In this document: positions 1 through 9,783 of the stretch, piece by piece
Layout: each line of letters opens with the position of its first letter
How positions within the stretch are numbered: the first letter of the stretch is position 1
DNA from: an uncultured Acidobacteriota bacterium
GTDB lineage: Bacteria; Acidobacteriota; Vicinamibacteria; Fen-336
Assembly (NCBI GenBank): GCA_902826455.1
Contig: CADEEV010000002.1
Span: 188,488 to 252,487 of the forward strand
Length of the DNA stretch: 64,000 nucleotides
Direction of reading: 5' to 3'
The notes under the pieces: generated by a model
Told to the model about the DNA's origin: nothing
Seen by the model: the letters and a program-made list of their open reading frames with translations, nothing else
The model's database searches: none
Made by a program: the position numbers and the translations under genes

Positions 1-3000
1 CCACCGTCCTGGTCGTACGCGACACGATACCTCCCGCTGTAACCCTCGACGCTCCTGGCGGGCTCGCGCGCGGCCGAGTTGGGGCTGTCGCCGCCACCGC
101 TACGGATGCCCACGGGATCGCCGAGATCGTGATCGAGATCGACGGAACCACGGCGGCGACCTGCGCGACGCCCACGTGTTCATCGCTGGTCACGATTCCC
201 ACCGAGTCCGCAGTCGGCTCGGCGATACGCGCCGGGGTCCGGGTCCAAGACTTTGCCGGCAACACCGCCCGTGCCGACGGGGAGATCGCTGTTCTGGCCG
301 ATGCCATGGTCTCTGGGGTCGTGATGGATGACGCGACCAGCCTCCCGCTGGGTGGCGTGAGTGTGGTTCTGGCCTCGACCGAGGGCACGGCGGCCACGAC
401 GACCGACGCCCGTGGGCGTTACACGTTGAAAGCACTCGGCTCCGTCGCAGCCCTGAAGGCCTACAAACTCGGGATGACGAGCGTCGAGCGGATCGTGGCG
501 ACGGAGCCTGGCGTTGGCACCGTGCCTGTCGATCTACGCGTGCGCGAGCTCGCGCCTGTAGGCGCGGATGGCAGCCAGGTGACGCGACTCTCGACTCAAG
601 GCCTTCCCGGCCTGCTGCCGCTCGGATGGGTGCCACGCGCAGCGGCGCGGGTGGACGCGGGCAGCTCGTGGACGGTGGAGGGACTGCCGGACATCGCCGT
701 TCATCTCGTGCGCTACGACGAATCGCTGCATTCCTGGACCATGGTGTCGCCAGTCCTGTTGCCGCAGACAGGTGCGATTGCCGTGCCGCTGCAGGAGGCG
801 GGGAGCTACGCGCTCGTCAGCGCCGACTCGGGCGGCCCGACCATTCCTCCGGTGGCGCAGGTGTTGCCCGGGGTCGAGGTGATGACGCTTCCTGAATCGA
901 CGACCATGATGGGCGAGGTCGCGCCGGTCGTCATCCCTGCCTCCGGAGGAACCGCGGCGGCTACCGTTAGCCTCGAGGCTTCGCCCCTGCCTCCCTCGGG
1001 CACGGTCGTCCAGGCGTCGATTACAGAGCGATACACCCTCAACTCGGGAGAAGTGGCCTCAGCCGCTGAGCGGCAGCAGGACATCCTGGTCTATCGCTCG
1101 GCCGACGCCGCATTGAGTGCGCAGTTCCCGGTCACGCCCAGCCGTCAATACGACGCGACGGAGATCAGCGGTGGCGCCGTTCACCTGGACATTCTCGCGG
1201 GTCGGGAGTCCGTGCGTGGGAGAGTCGGCGGCAACAGTCCGCTGATTCTCGAGCGGGACGGGCTCAGGGTTTCGGTTCCAGGTGCCGCTCTTCCCGAGGA
1301 CACCGTCATCAGCGTCCGCGCGGCGGTGGCTCCCATGGAAGGAGTCTCGGTAGCCGGTCTAGGGGTCCTCGGCGACTACGAGATCGACTTGTCGGGGCAA
1401 GCGCTCGGACTGCCCGCAGAGCTATCGGTGGCCGCCGACGGAATCGGCGACGGCGAGTTCGTCCTCGCGCGCGTGGAACGATTGTTCGGCGTTGCACATC
1501 TCGTCACTGCCGGGCGTCTGGAACGCGTGGGCGACCGCCTCGTGAGCCGGCCGGATGCCGGGCTCTCTGGAGTGACCGTCGAGGGCCGCTACCTGCTCTT
1601 GCGCCTCGACACACCCATCGCGTTCATTCGCGGCCATGTGGTGACCGCGGGGACGCCCACTCGTGCCGTCGTCGCCTCGGACACCCTCGCCTTGGAGGCC
1701 CTATCCGATGCGAGCGGTGCGTACACGCTGGCGGTTCCGGTCGGGGCGACAACACTTCGCGCCTTCGTTCCCGGAACCTCGCTGGCCGCTCGTGCCACCC
1801 TCACGGCTGCCCCCGACTTCGTCGCAGTGCAGGATCTCTCGTTGGAAGGAGCCGCAAGTATCGCAACGGTCATGCCCTCCGACGGCACCACGGGCGTTGC
1901 GAGGTCGACAAACCTGCGGATCGAAGCCGCTTTACCATTCGACCCAGGCGTCGTGGGGGGTGCTAGGGGGCAGGTGAACCTGGTGGCGCTGCCTACTGGT
2001 GTGCAAGTACCGACACACCTTGCATTGTCGGCCGATCGCCGCGTCGTCACGGTCGTTCCAACGGAAGGGCTGGAGTCAGGCACCTCTTATAGGCTCACTG
2101 CAGCCGGCCTGACGGATGCCGTCGGTGGCGTGGTGATGGTGCCGGCCACTACCTTCACGACGCGCGCCGACGGCCTGTCCGAACTCGACCCGACTCGGCT
2201 GGCGTTCAGCCTTCCCGACATTGATGGAACTGTCCGCCTGACCGCGCTCCCGGCCAGCTTCCCGGCCGGTACCCGGGTCCTGGTGGTCAACACAAATAGC
2301 GCCTTCGTGGCTACCTTCGATGTCGAGAACGATGGCGGCCTCGGGAGCGTTGTTCCCGCGACATTGAAGGCGAGTATCAGCGATACGCTCCTCATCACCC
2401 TGACCGACTCGCTCGGTCGAGCCACGACCGTGCGTCGGAGTCAGTTCGAAGACAGGCAGACCGGCGTGGTCGCCGTCGGGCCAGGCGGCGGAGTCGTCAG
2501 GGCCGCGGACGGGAGCGACGCCGAGCTGAGAATCCCCGAGGGCGCCCTCTTGAACGGAGCCCATTTCAAGATTCACACCTCCGCCTCCATCGAGGACCTC
2601 CCCGAGCCCCTGCGCACCCTTCCGGACTTCCCGGACGCCGAGTTCGCCGGTGCCATCCAGATCGAATCCGTCGACGCTCCTGCCTTTGCCCGCGAGGCGA
2701 AGATAGCGTTTCCACCGCCTGCCAACCTGTCGTTCGATGTGTCCGAGGCCCGCTTTCATGTCGTGCGACGCATCGACGGTCCTCAAGGGCCCGTATTCGA
2801 GACTATCGATGATGCCGAGGTTGAGCAGGTTGGCTCCTCCGTTCGCATCGTCACTGCGAGTTGGCCGCAGGCCGGCTACGTCTCGAGTTTTGGCGGCTTT
2901 GGCGACCTACTCCAGCTGCTGTCGACGACGGTCAACAACCTCTACCTCCTTGCCGTCCGGCAGATTCAAGGTCGATCTCCCGCGGGCGCCATCACGGGTC

Positions 3001-6000
3001 ATGTGCGGCGCGCCCGGTGGGGCGCGGCCGCGATGCCCACGTACGAGGGCGTGCGCGGCGCCCTGGTCTCAATGGGCACTCTCGACAATGGCGTATGCCG
3101 CCCGTTGCAGGACGCGGGTGACGATCCGCCAGCGGCCGTCAGTCAGACCGACGGAACCTACACGGTTGTCGATCCTCACTACGACGGCGGCCCCGTGGTC
3201 ATCGCCGCGACTGTCGAGGGCCAGACAGCGTGCGTCGAGGCCTACGAGGTCCTTCGCGCGGATGCGGAGGACCTGCCGGCCGCCCAGAGGTTGCTCGATC
3301 GCTATAGCCGCGTTGCCACGGCGGACGTGTCCTTCTCCGCCCAGCCACCGCCCCCGCCGCCCGCCGCGATAGACATCGACGTATTCGTGGTCGAGGGTGA
3401 GAGGCTCAGACCTGTCAGTACGGCTGCGACTCTTGGCGCGGCGCTCCTCGTCCGGCTGACCGCCGCAGGTGCCGCGAACTTGACGGCCACTGTTCAAGGC
3501 CTGGAATGCCCTGTCGCCGAAGAGGGACCCGGCAAGTCGACGCTCGACCTCTCCGCAGGCACGCCGTGCCACCCTCTCAATCCGGGGCTCTATACCATCG
3601 TTGCGCGAGGCTTGTCCGCTTTCGGACAGCCAGTGACCGCTTCGCGCAGCCTGCTGGTGGTCGCAACGGGAGAGGCGAACACTCAGCCCATCCCCGACGC
3701 CGCTCCGGTCGTCCTGGAGACCGTCCCTCGGAACCGCAGCGTCAACATCTCACCCTCGACACTTCCGCAGTTGACCTTCTCCGAGCCCGTGCGTGTCAAC
3801 GGTGGCGTGTCACTGCGTTCCGGTGAAGTGGAGCTGCCCTGTCGTCTCCTTGGCACCACCCCGGAGGCGGAAGTCGTCGACCTCGCGCTCGCGCCAGGGG
3901 CGCGGGTGACGTCGCTGACCCTCCAGCCACTCGCGCAGCTCGCCTACGGCACCACCTACTCGCTCTCTTGGACCAGTGCCGTTCGCGACGTGGACGAACC
4001 TCCCAAGTCAGTCGAGCCCGGCGAAGCCCAGTTCCAGACGCTCGTGCCCGAGGTGTTGAGCTCCAGCGAGGAGAAGTTCGGATCGCCCGGCCTCGCCGTG
4101 GTCGACGGTCGCGCCTACCTCGTACAGGCCTTGGCGGGAGGCAAGGGCAGGGTCCGGGTCTTCGACGTCAGCGATCCAGCGATCGCATTGCCCGTAGCCC
4201 AGGACCCCGAGGGCTACGTCGTCGGGCTTCCTCTCGACGTCGTCGCTCAAGGCTCGCGGGTCGTCGTCGCCACAGGGCCAAAGACCTATCCGCAGCCTTC
4301 GAATCTCTACGTGTTCGACGTCAGCGATCCTCGCGCCACCAAGTGGGTGGGAGCGGCCAGTGCGAGCGTGAGCTCGATGGCGGGCACGGTGACTCGGCTG
4401 GCGATTCGCGATGGCCTCGTCTACGCGGCCGTCAGCAAGCAAGGCGTGAAGGTGGTCGAGCTTGGGCAGGTCGAAACCGTGTTCGGCGACCCCAACGCAG
4501 GTTCGCCGATGACCCGCGGCCTGACGACCGACGGCCTCGGCTTCGCGACCGACAGCGTGTCGCCAGCCGTCCCCGTCATGAGCAACGGCCGGTCCTCGTA
4601 CATCTACGACATCGACGTCGGCGATTTCCAGATCGACGAAGCCCCTGACGTCCTCGTTGCGACGACCGGAGAAGTGCCCCTGGCGCTCGTGAGCCCGCGC
4701 GATCAACTGGTCTATCCGCAGGCGCCGATCGAGGATGCGAACCACGAGCTGAGGATGGGCTACGCCGTGGCGTTGACTCGTCTCGGGTCGCGGCAGGTTG
4801 CCGTCGTGGCGGGCTACGGCACGGCGAACGGCGCCACCATTCCTCTTCTGGCCGTTGTCGATGTCAGTGATCCCAGGGCCGTGACGACCCTGAGTGTCCT
4901 GGATCTTTCTGCACAAGCTGGAAACCTGACCATCACTGACGTTCTGGTCAAGGATGGCGTCGCGTTCGTCGGCCTTCAGGAGGGCGATCTCGCCCATGCG
5001 GAAGGCCTGCTGCTCGTGGTCAGCCTGGGCGATGGCACCCATCCGACCTTCAACCATGCGCTTCGCGGAATCGGTGGCCGACTAGCGCTCGGCGAAGGCA
5101 ACGTATTGCTCGGCACCGCGCGGGCGTATTCCGGCTCGACCGGTCCCCTGGGCGGCATTCGCCAGGTCGCGCTCGGGGCCACGATCGGTCTCCTCGACGA
5201 CAAGAAGCAGGGTCTCGCACGCATCCGCCTGCCGCAGAACTTCACGACCTACGTCACGGCCAACGTTCCCCAGCTGGGAGAGACGATCTCGGTCGAGGCC
5301 GCGATCATCGAGACGAGGCGGGACAACGCAGTGCGCGAACCGGGCAGGCTGCCAACCTTGAAGCAGATCGACCTCAGGTGGGATGCAACCACGGGCCGCT
5401 ATGTTGGGCCGCTGCGAATCGTGGACCGCGACTGTGCGGTCACCCTGAAGCACGACCCGGATACGGATGAGCAACTCATCGATGAGCCCTGCGTAGGGGA
5501 TCTCGAGTCAGGTCCGTGGACCAAGCTACGCCTTCGACTGTCGTCGCAACTGGGAGGGCTAGAGCGAGTCGTCGATATTCACGCGTTCCGGCTGGTGGCC
5601 CTGGGGGACAGCCTCACACAGGGTGTGCAGCACGGGATTGTTGTCCACCAGCACCAGCGCTACTCGTTCCCAGCGCAGGTGGCCAACCAGATCAACAAAT
5701 ACCTGAAGGCCACCTACGGTCAGCAAGTGCTATTCAGGCAGGCGATGATTGGCGATCCTGGAATTGGTCGACCAAAAGAACTAGGGCGCCCGTTTGATCG
5801 CGAACCCGCGGGCGGCTTCAGCCAGTTCCTTGGCTTCCCGGTTCCGGCGCGCCTCGATAGCTACACGGGACCAGTGAACAATCTCGGGATGTCTGGAGCA
5901 AGAGCTCTTCATCTCTTCAGCTCAGCCGACGCTAAGTGGCCGCCCTACTGCCCGGATGTAAGTGATGGCGCCGCGTTTCCCCCGGGCAGTGAGGATCGTC

Positions 6001-7109
6001 CGCCATTCTGTGACCTGCGGCCTGCAAATTTTGAAACTCTCAGGAATCGCGAATCACCGGTCTTCAACTACGAAGCGCCGAAGAGCGTATGGCCCTATGT
6101 CATTGGCGGTCTAGGGCGCACGGCAGTTGGGGCAGCACAGGAGCTAGATCCATCGCTTCTTGTCATTCAGATAGGAAACAACGATGTCATGAATGCGGTC
6201 GTCGACGCTGACCTCAATCAGCTCACTGATGAAAGCGTCTTCAAGTCCAACTATGACGAGCTACTTACGCGCGTGAACCAGTTTGCGAAGGGGCGCGCCG
6301 ACCTGATAGTAGCGACAGTGCCTGACGTGTCCTCGATCCCTCACATGCTGAACCCGGGGGAGCCTGTCGGACCCCTTCCATTTCGACTCGACGCGCCCTT
6401 TCTCGATCAAGAAAAAATGACGCGGGGTCTCGAGAATTCACCGCTTCCGTCTGTAGACGAGACCGGCTCTTGCCTAGGTCTGGAAGAGCCCAACGGCGCA
6501 TGCATTCTCGACGGTACGAAGATTCCACTCAAGAACGCGGTTGCTGCTGGCGGATTCTTCCGAAAGCTCGGCGTTGGCCTGACTCTCGTCAACGGCGGAG
6601 GCCCGATCAGAATCAAGCGGAGAAGCGTTCTCACACCCGAGCGCTATCAGAGAATTCAGGATGCGACCGATAGCCTGAACGAGCATGTGCTCCGCCGCGC
6701 AGCTGAGCAGGATGCGATGGTAATGGACGTGAAGAGTTTCTTCGCCGAGCGCTCTCAACCGGCGGCGTTGAACGATCCAACCCTGCTCGGTGGGAGCTTT
6801 ACGGGCACTCCTTGGCGCGCGCCAAGGCCGAAGGAGAAGGTCCGAGGGATTGGAAATTCCCTTCTGAGCTGGGATGGGATCCACGCGAACAGCGCCGGCT
6901 ATGCTGCATCCGCAAATCTGGCCCTAACATCCTTGCGGCAACGGCTCCTCTCAAGGGCAGCCGGGGGACTGGACCAAGGGGCGGAGGTGCTACTCATACC
7001 GTCAGGCTCAGCCGCCGAAGAAGGGAGCATTACATGGCTCTTGACCCACCAATACTTAGAGCTCGCGCGTACGCGCTTTGTCTCCGGCCGCATCGTGACA
7101 GTGCGATGA
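1..7109 (+). CDS. Giant multidomain cell-surface protein, 5'-truncated at the window edge. Carboxypeptidase-regulatory-like and Ig-like domains, LVIVD-type beta-propeller repeats, and a C-terminal SGNH/GDSL hydrolase domain.
   Basis: The frame stays open from nt 3 to the TGA at 7107-7109 with no stop upstream of the listed 129 start. It contains 'GVVMDDATSLPLGGVSVVLAS...ARGRYTL' (CarboxypepD_reg-like). It contains repeated 'VFDVSDP...', 'VVDVSDPRAV', 'LVYAAVSKQGVKVVEL' (LVIVD-like). The C-terminus has SGNH blocks 'LGDSLTQG', 'IQIGNNDV' and 'WDGIHANSAGY' (DxxH). Confidence 0.85.
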   Translation, partial: TVLVVRDTIPPAVTLDAPGGLARGRVGAVAATATDAHGIAEIVIEIDGTTAATCATPTCSSLVTIPTESAVGSAIRAGVRVQDFAGNTARADGEIAVLADAMVSGVVMDDATSLPLGGVSVVLASTEGTAATTTDARGRYTLKALGSVAALKAYKLGMTSVERIVATEPGVGTVPVDLRVRELAPVGADGSQVTRLSTQGLPGLLPLGWVPRAAARVDAGSSWTVEGLPDIAVHLVRYDESLHSWTMVSPVLLPQTGAIAVPLQEAGSYALVSADSGGPTIPPVAQVLPGVEVMTLPESTTMMGEVAPVVIPASGGTAAATVSLEASPLPPSGTVVQASITERYTLNSGEVASAAERQQDILVYRSADAALSAQFPVTPSRQYDATEISGGAVHLDILAGRESVRGRVGGNSPLILERDGLRVSVPGAALPEDTVISVRAAVAPMEGVSVAGLGVLGDYEIDLSGQALGLPAELSVAADGIGDGEFVLARVERLFGVAHLVTAGRLERVGDRLVSRPDAGLSGVTVEGRYLLLRLDTPIAFIRGHVVTAGTPTRAVVASDTLALEALSDASGAYTLAVPVGATTLRAFVPGTSLAARATLTAAPDFVAVQDLSLEGAASIATVMPSDGTTGVARSTNLRIEAALPFDPGVVGGARGQVNLVALPTGVQVPTHLALSADRRVVTVVPTEGLESGTSYRLTAAGLTDAVGGVVMVPATTFTTRADGLSELDPTRLAFSLPDIDGTVRLTALPASFPAGTRVLVVNTNSAFVATFDVENDGGLGSVVPATLKASISDTLLITLTDSLGRATTVRRSQFEDRQTGVVAVGPGGGVVRAADGSDAELRIPEGALLNGAHFKIHTSASIEDLPEPLRTLPDFPDAEFAGAIQIESVDAPAFAREAKIAFPPPANLSFDVSEARFHVVRRIDGPQGPVFETIDDAEVEQVGSSVRIVTASWPQAGYVSSFGGFGDLLQLLSTTVNNLYLLAVRQIQGRSPAGAITGHVRRARWGAAAMPTYEGVRGALVSMGTLDNGVCRPLQDAGDDPPAAVSQTDGTYTVVDPHYDGGPVVIAATVEGQTACVEAYEVLRADAEDLPAAQRLLDRYSRVATADVSFSAQPPPPPPAAIDIDVFVVEGERLRPVSTAATLGAALLVRLTAAGAANLTATVQGLECPVAEEGPGKSTLDLSAGTPCHPLNPGLYTIVARGLSAFGQPVTASRSLLVVATGEANTQPIPDAAPVVLETVPRNRSVNISPSTLPQLTFSEPVRVNGGVSLRSGEVELPCRLLGTTPEAEVVDLALAPGARVTSLTLQPLAQLAYGTTYSLSWTSAVRDVDEPPKSVEPGEAQFQTLVPEVLSSSEEKFGSPGLAVVDGRAYLVQALAGGKGRVRVFDVSDPAIALPVAQDPEGYVVGLPLDVVAQGSRVVVATGPKTYPQPSNLYVFDVSDPRATKWVGAASASVSSMAGTVTRLAIRDGLVYAAVSKQGVKVVELGQVETVFGDPNAGSPMTRGLTTDGLGFATDSVSPAVPVMSNGRSSYIYDIDVGDFQIDEAPDVLVATTGEVPLALVSPRDQLVYPQAPIEDANHELRMGYAVALTRLGSRQVAVVAGYGTANGATIPLLAVVDVSDPRAVTTLSVLDLSAQAGNLTITDVLVKDGVAFVGLQEGDLAHAEGLLLVVSLGDGTHPTFNHALRGIGGRLALGEGNVLLGTARAYSGSTGPLGGIRQVALGATIGLLDDKKQGLARIRLPQNFTTYVTANVPQLGETISVEAAIIETRRDNAVREPGRLPTLKQIDLRWDATTGRYVGPLRIVDRDCAVTLKHDPDTDEQLIDEPCVGDLESGPWTKLRLRLSSQLGGLERVVDIHAFRLVALGDSLTQGVQHGIVVHQHQRYSFPAQVANQINKYLKATYGQQVLFRQAMIGDPGIGRPKELGRPFDREPAGGFSQFLGFPVPARLDSYTGPVNNLGMSGARALHLFSSADAKWPPYCPDVSDGAAFPPGSEDRPPFCDLRPANFETLRNRESPVFNYEAPKSVWPYVIGGLGRTAVGAAQELDPSLLVIQIGNNDVMNAVVDADLNQLTDESVFKSNYDELLTRVNQFAKGRADLIVATVPDVSSIPHMLNPGEPVGPLPFRLDAPFLDQEKMTRGLENSPLPSVDETGSCLGLEEPNGACILDGTKIPLKNAVAAGGFFRKLGVGLTLVNGGGPIRIKRRSVLTPERYQRIQDATDSLNEHVLRRAAEQDAMVMDVKSFFAERSQPAALNDPTLLGGSFTGTPWRAPRPKEKVRGIGNSLLSWDGIHANSAGYAASANLALTSLRQRLLSRAAGGLDQGAEVLLIPSGSAAEEGSITWLLTHQYLELARTRFVSGRIVTVR

Positions 7110-8116
7110 GGCGCCGCACAGCTGGCGTATCTGTCCTTATGGGGCTGATGTTTGTGCCGGGCGTGTGGTCGGCGGACTGCGAGACTGGTTGGCGAGAGCA
7201 TTGGAGCCAGAACGAAGAGTCGTACGTCCGAACGGTCCTTCTACCAGGCCTGGAGGACCGGCCCGACTATCAGGAGCTTGCACGTACGCTCGACGCTGCC
7301 CTCAATACCCAACCGGCGACGGAGATCAAACTTCGCGATCTAGTAGCCTCACCAGAGTCTGACATCGCGAGTGCCGCCGTGGCTCTGTTGGCTCGCTATC
7401 CAAGCGAGCAGAACAAGGCGTTCCTCCGTCAGTTGGCGTCTGCGGATGCACGAGTGCCCGTTAGAAATGCTGCTCTCGGCGCCTTGCTGCGCCTTTCGAC
7501 CCCTGATATCGGCGCACTCTTGGTACAGGCCCTCGGGAGTAGCGACGAGGAGTTACGGGCTGGAGCCAGCTTTCTGTTGCGTCGAACTCGCGATCCGCAG
7601 TACGGCGCCGCCCTTCTGAACTATGCGCAGGGTAGCGAAGATCGATGGCAGGTGTTTGAGTGGGTTGGTTGCCTGGGCGACCCTCCTGGCGCGACTGCGG
7701 TCCGAGATGGCTTGCTGGCACTGGCACGTGACTCAGGGAGGCCGCAGGAAGCACGGCTGGCAGCAGCTCTCGGACTTGAGGAGATGGGTCAGGGGGCTCT
7801 GGTCAAGGACGTATTGGATCGGGAAAGAGCCGACCAAACGCATCAGACGCTGGTAGCCGTACGCGCGTCGATTGTTCGCGCGGCGAGAATGCGCGGCCAA
7901 CCTGTCAGAAACGGCGCAGATGCCGTCGACTTGTTTCATGCAGCGCGGATCAGTCGCAAGATCGACGAGTGGGGTCGTGACCTTCGAATTGGGGTAACCG
8001 CCAAGTCAGACGTCGTTGTCACCTCAGATGGCCCCGATCGGCTGCCGGACACCGTCGACGATCTGTCGTCCGAGGAATCCTTGTCTACCTGGCTTTGGCG
8101 GCGCTCTCATCCGTAG
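7106..8116 (+). CDS. HEAT-repeat protein with an N-terminal signal peptide.
   Basis: ATG at 7106 overlaps the upstream TGA (ATGA). The N-terminus 'MRRRTAGVSVLMGLMFVPGVWSADC' is signal-like. HEAT/PBS-lyase-like repeats follow ('AAVALLARYPSEQNKAFLRQLASADARVPVRNAALGALLRL...'). The 6812 start in the ORF track lies inside the upstream gene. Confidence 0.75.
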   Translation: MRRRTAGVSVLMGLMFVPGVWSADCETGWREHWSQNEESYVRTVLLPGLEDRPDYQELARTLDAALNTQPATEIKLRDLVASPESDIASAAVALLARYPSEQNKAFLRQLASADARVPVRNAALGALLRLSTPDIGALLVQALGSSDEELRAGASFLLRRTRDPQYGAALLNYAQGSEDRWQVFEWVGCLGDPPGATAVRDGLLALARDSGRPQEARLAAALGLEEMGQGALVKDVLDRERADQTHQTLVAVRASIVRAARMRGQPVRNGADAVDLFHAARISRKIDEWGRDLRIGVTAKSDVVVTSDGPDRLPDTVDDLSSEESLSTWLWRRSHP

Positions 8117-8236
8117 CAGTGCCCGACACTCGCTGCGTTCCAGCCTGTGCATGAGTCTTGAGGCCCCTCGGCCTGGATCCAGTGTCCATAGGCCCGGCAA
8201 TTCGGCTGCTGTTTCCTCGAACGCATCTCCGGGGCT

Positions 8237-8728
8237 GTGCTTGAAGAGCTCACAGGCGGGCGAATCACGGGTCACTGCGTGACGGCGCTCATCATGCTGG
8301 CTGTGACGATCCAGGTTGCAGCGGCCGGCAGTCCCCGAACGGACGCTGACATTCGTGAGGCGCTGTATCCGATCCTCTCGGAGGTATCGGATGGACAGCA
8401 CGTTCGCGAGGTGTTTGAGCGTGCCTTTGCAGATGATCGCGAGGTAGTGCCCGAACTTCTCTTGCTAGTTGAGCACAGCGATGTGGACGTAGCACGAGAG
8501 GCAGCCATTGTCGTGGGACGCTTTCATGAAAGTGTTGTCACGGAAAGGCTGAAGGCAGTCTTTCGTGGTCCCTCACGAAGCCTGGTACGCGTTGGCGCAC
8601 TGTTTGGTCTTCTGAAGGCCAATGATCAACAGACTGTTGAGTTTGCCAGATCGGCCTTGCAGAGCAAAGACTACATTCTGCAGCTGGGTGGGCTCGCTGA
8701 GTCGATTTGCTGGGTGATCGTGCGCTAG
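8237..8728 (+). CDS. HEAT-like repeat protein, N-terminal fragment. Possibly the 5' part of a frameshifted gene.
   Basis: ORF with repeat-like helical sequence ('REAAIVVGRFHESVVTERLKAVFRG...ALFGLLKAND'). It ends 'ESICWVIVR*' at 8728. The next frame opens at 8701. Confidence 0.45.
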   Translation: MLEELTGGRITGHCVTALIMLAVTIQVAAAGSPRTDADIREALYPILSEVSDGQHVREVFERAFADDREVVPELLLLVEHSDVDVAREAAIVVGRFHESVVTERLKAVFRGPSRSLVRVGALFGLLKANDQQTVEFARSALQSKDYILQLGGLAESICWVIVR

Positions 8729-9048
8729 GGCCCGACCTCATCGCCTTCCTGGATTTTCAAGAAAGACAGATCCCTCCAGAGGACGTATTTGAGGTTCTCG
8801 GAAGGATGGGCGACGAGCCTAGAGCACTAGCTGTCCGGAATCGACTCGTTCAGGAGGCCAATTCTCGTGACAGGGAATGGCCCGAACGCTCCGCTGCTGC
8901 GGAAGCACTGCGCGTGCTTGGCGCCGGTGACTTGGCGAGGCCCGTGCTGGATCGGGTAGACGCGGGCAGTACCTACAACCAGATGATTCGAACAGAAGGG
9001 CGGCTCAGGCGGAACTTGGCCGCTCGCTCGGTTGTTCCGAGAGTATGA
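8701..9048 (+). CDS. HEAT-like repeat protein, C-terminal fragment. Continuation of 8237-8728 in the +2 frame.
   Basis: The frame opens directly after a TGA at 8698-8700 and overlaps the end of the previous ORF by 28 nt. The sequence continues the same repeat style ('LGDRALGPDLIAFLDFQ...EWPERSAAAEALRVLGAGDLARPVLD'). Confidence 0.4.
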   Translation, partial: VDLLGDRALGPDLIAFLDFQERQIPPEDVFEVLGRMGDEPRALAVRNRLVQEANSRDREWPERSAAAEALRVLGAGDLARPVLDRVDAGSTYNQMIRTEGRLRRNLAARSVVPRV

Positions 9049-9127
9049 CCAGCGAATGTTCTCAGCACTCATGACTCCTCCTGAGGGGCCTTAGCACGAG
9101 GAGGTGCGAGCTGACGATTCGCTCGCG

Positions 9128-9778
9128 CTAGTTCCTGTACAGCCGGAACGGATTTACCGCCGTCCCTTCCCACCACCGCCGCTCCGGCCCCAGCTTGAAG
9201 ATCGTGAAGTGCAGGTGCGGCGTCTGCGGCGGTGCGTTGCCGGTCGTGCCCACGTAGCCGATCAGGTCGCCCTTCTGCAGCTTGGCGCCCTCCGCCAGGC
9301 CCGGCGCGTAGCGGTCGAGGTGCGCGTAGTAGTAGCAGTAGGTCTCGGTGGGATCGAACTGGTAGACGGTCAGGCCGCCGCGGACGCTGGTGAACAGGCG
9401 CTTCACCATGCCGTCGTCGACGGCCACCACGGCCGTCCCGCGGGGGGCCAAGATGTCGAGGGCCTCGTGGGGGTGGTCGCCGCGACCCTCCATGAAGGTA
9501 TCGGTGAGCTTGGCGACGTCCCAGTCGGCGACGGGGAAGGCAAGGTGCCTCGCGGCGAGCAGCTCGAGGTCGGTGCCCTCGACTACCGGCGGCGGGTCGG
9601 CCGTCGGGGGAGGCTGAGGCACCTGGCCGGCGGGGAGCGTCGTGGGCGTCGGCGTCGCCGTGGCGATCGGCTTCTTGTCGCCCGAGGCGCGCGTGACCAA
9701 GCCGGTGACGATCATCGTCAGCAGCACGATCATGCCGACGACGATGCCGGTGGCGAACGGGCCGAGTCTCGCTCTCAC
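9128..9778 (-). CDS. M23 family metallopeptidase (LytM/lysostaphin-like), membrane-anchored.
   Basis: Motifs 'HEALDI' (HxxxD), 'YYYAHL' and 'TPHLHFTIFK' (HxH). N-terminal TM segment 'GIVVGMIVLLTMIVTGLV' followed by a Pro/Thr linker. Start taken as the GTG at 9778; the ATG at 9733 is an alternative. Confidence 0.8.
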   Translation of the reverse strand: MRARLGPFATGIVVGMIVLLTMIVTGLVTRASGDKKPIATATPTPTTLPAGQVPQPPPTADPPPVVEGTDLELLAARHLAFPVADWDVAKLTDTFMEGRGDHPHEALDILAPRGTAVVAVDDGMVKRLFTSVRGGLTVYQFDPTETYCYYYAHLDRYAPGLAEGAKLQKGDLIGYVGTTGNAPPQTPHLHFTIFKLGPERRWWEGTAVNPFRLYRN

Positions 9779-9783
9779 GCGGG

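Noticed and set aside
6812-7105. The upstream extension of the HEAT gene to the 6812 start.
   Set aside because: It lies inside the giant protein's SGNH domain coding region. The signal-peptide-bearing start at 7106 with ATGA overlap is far more plausible.
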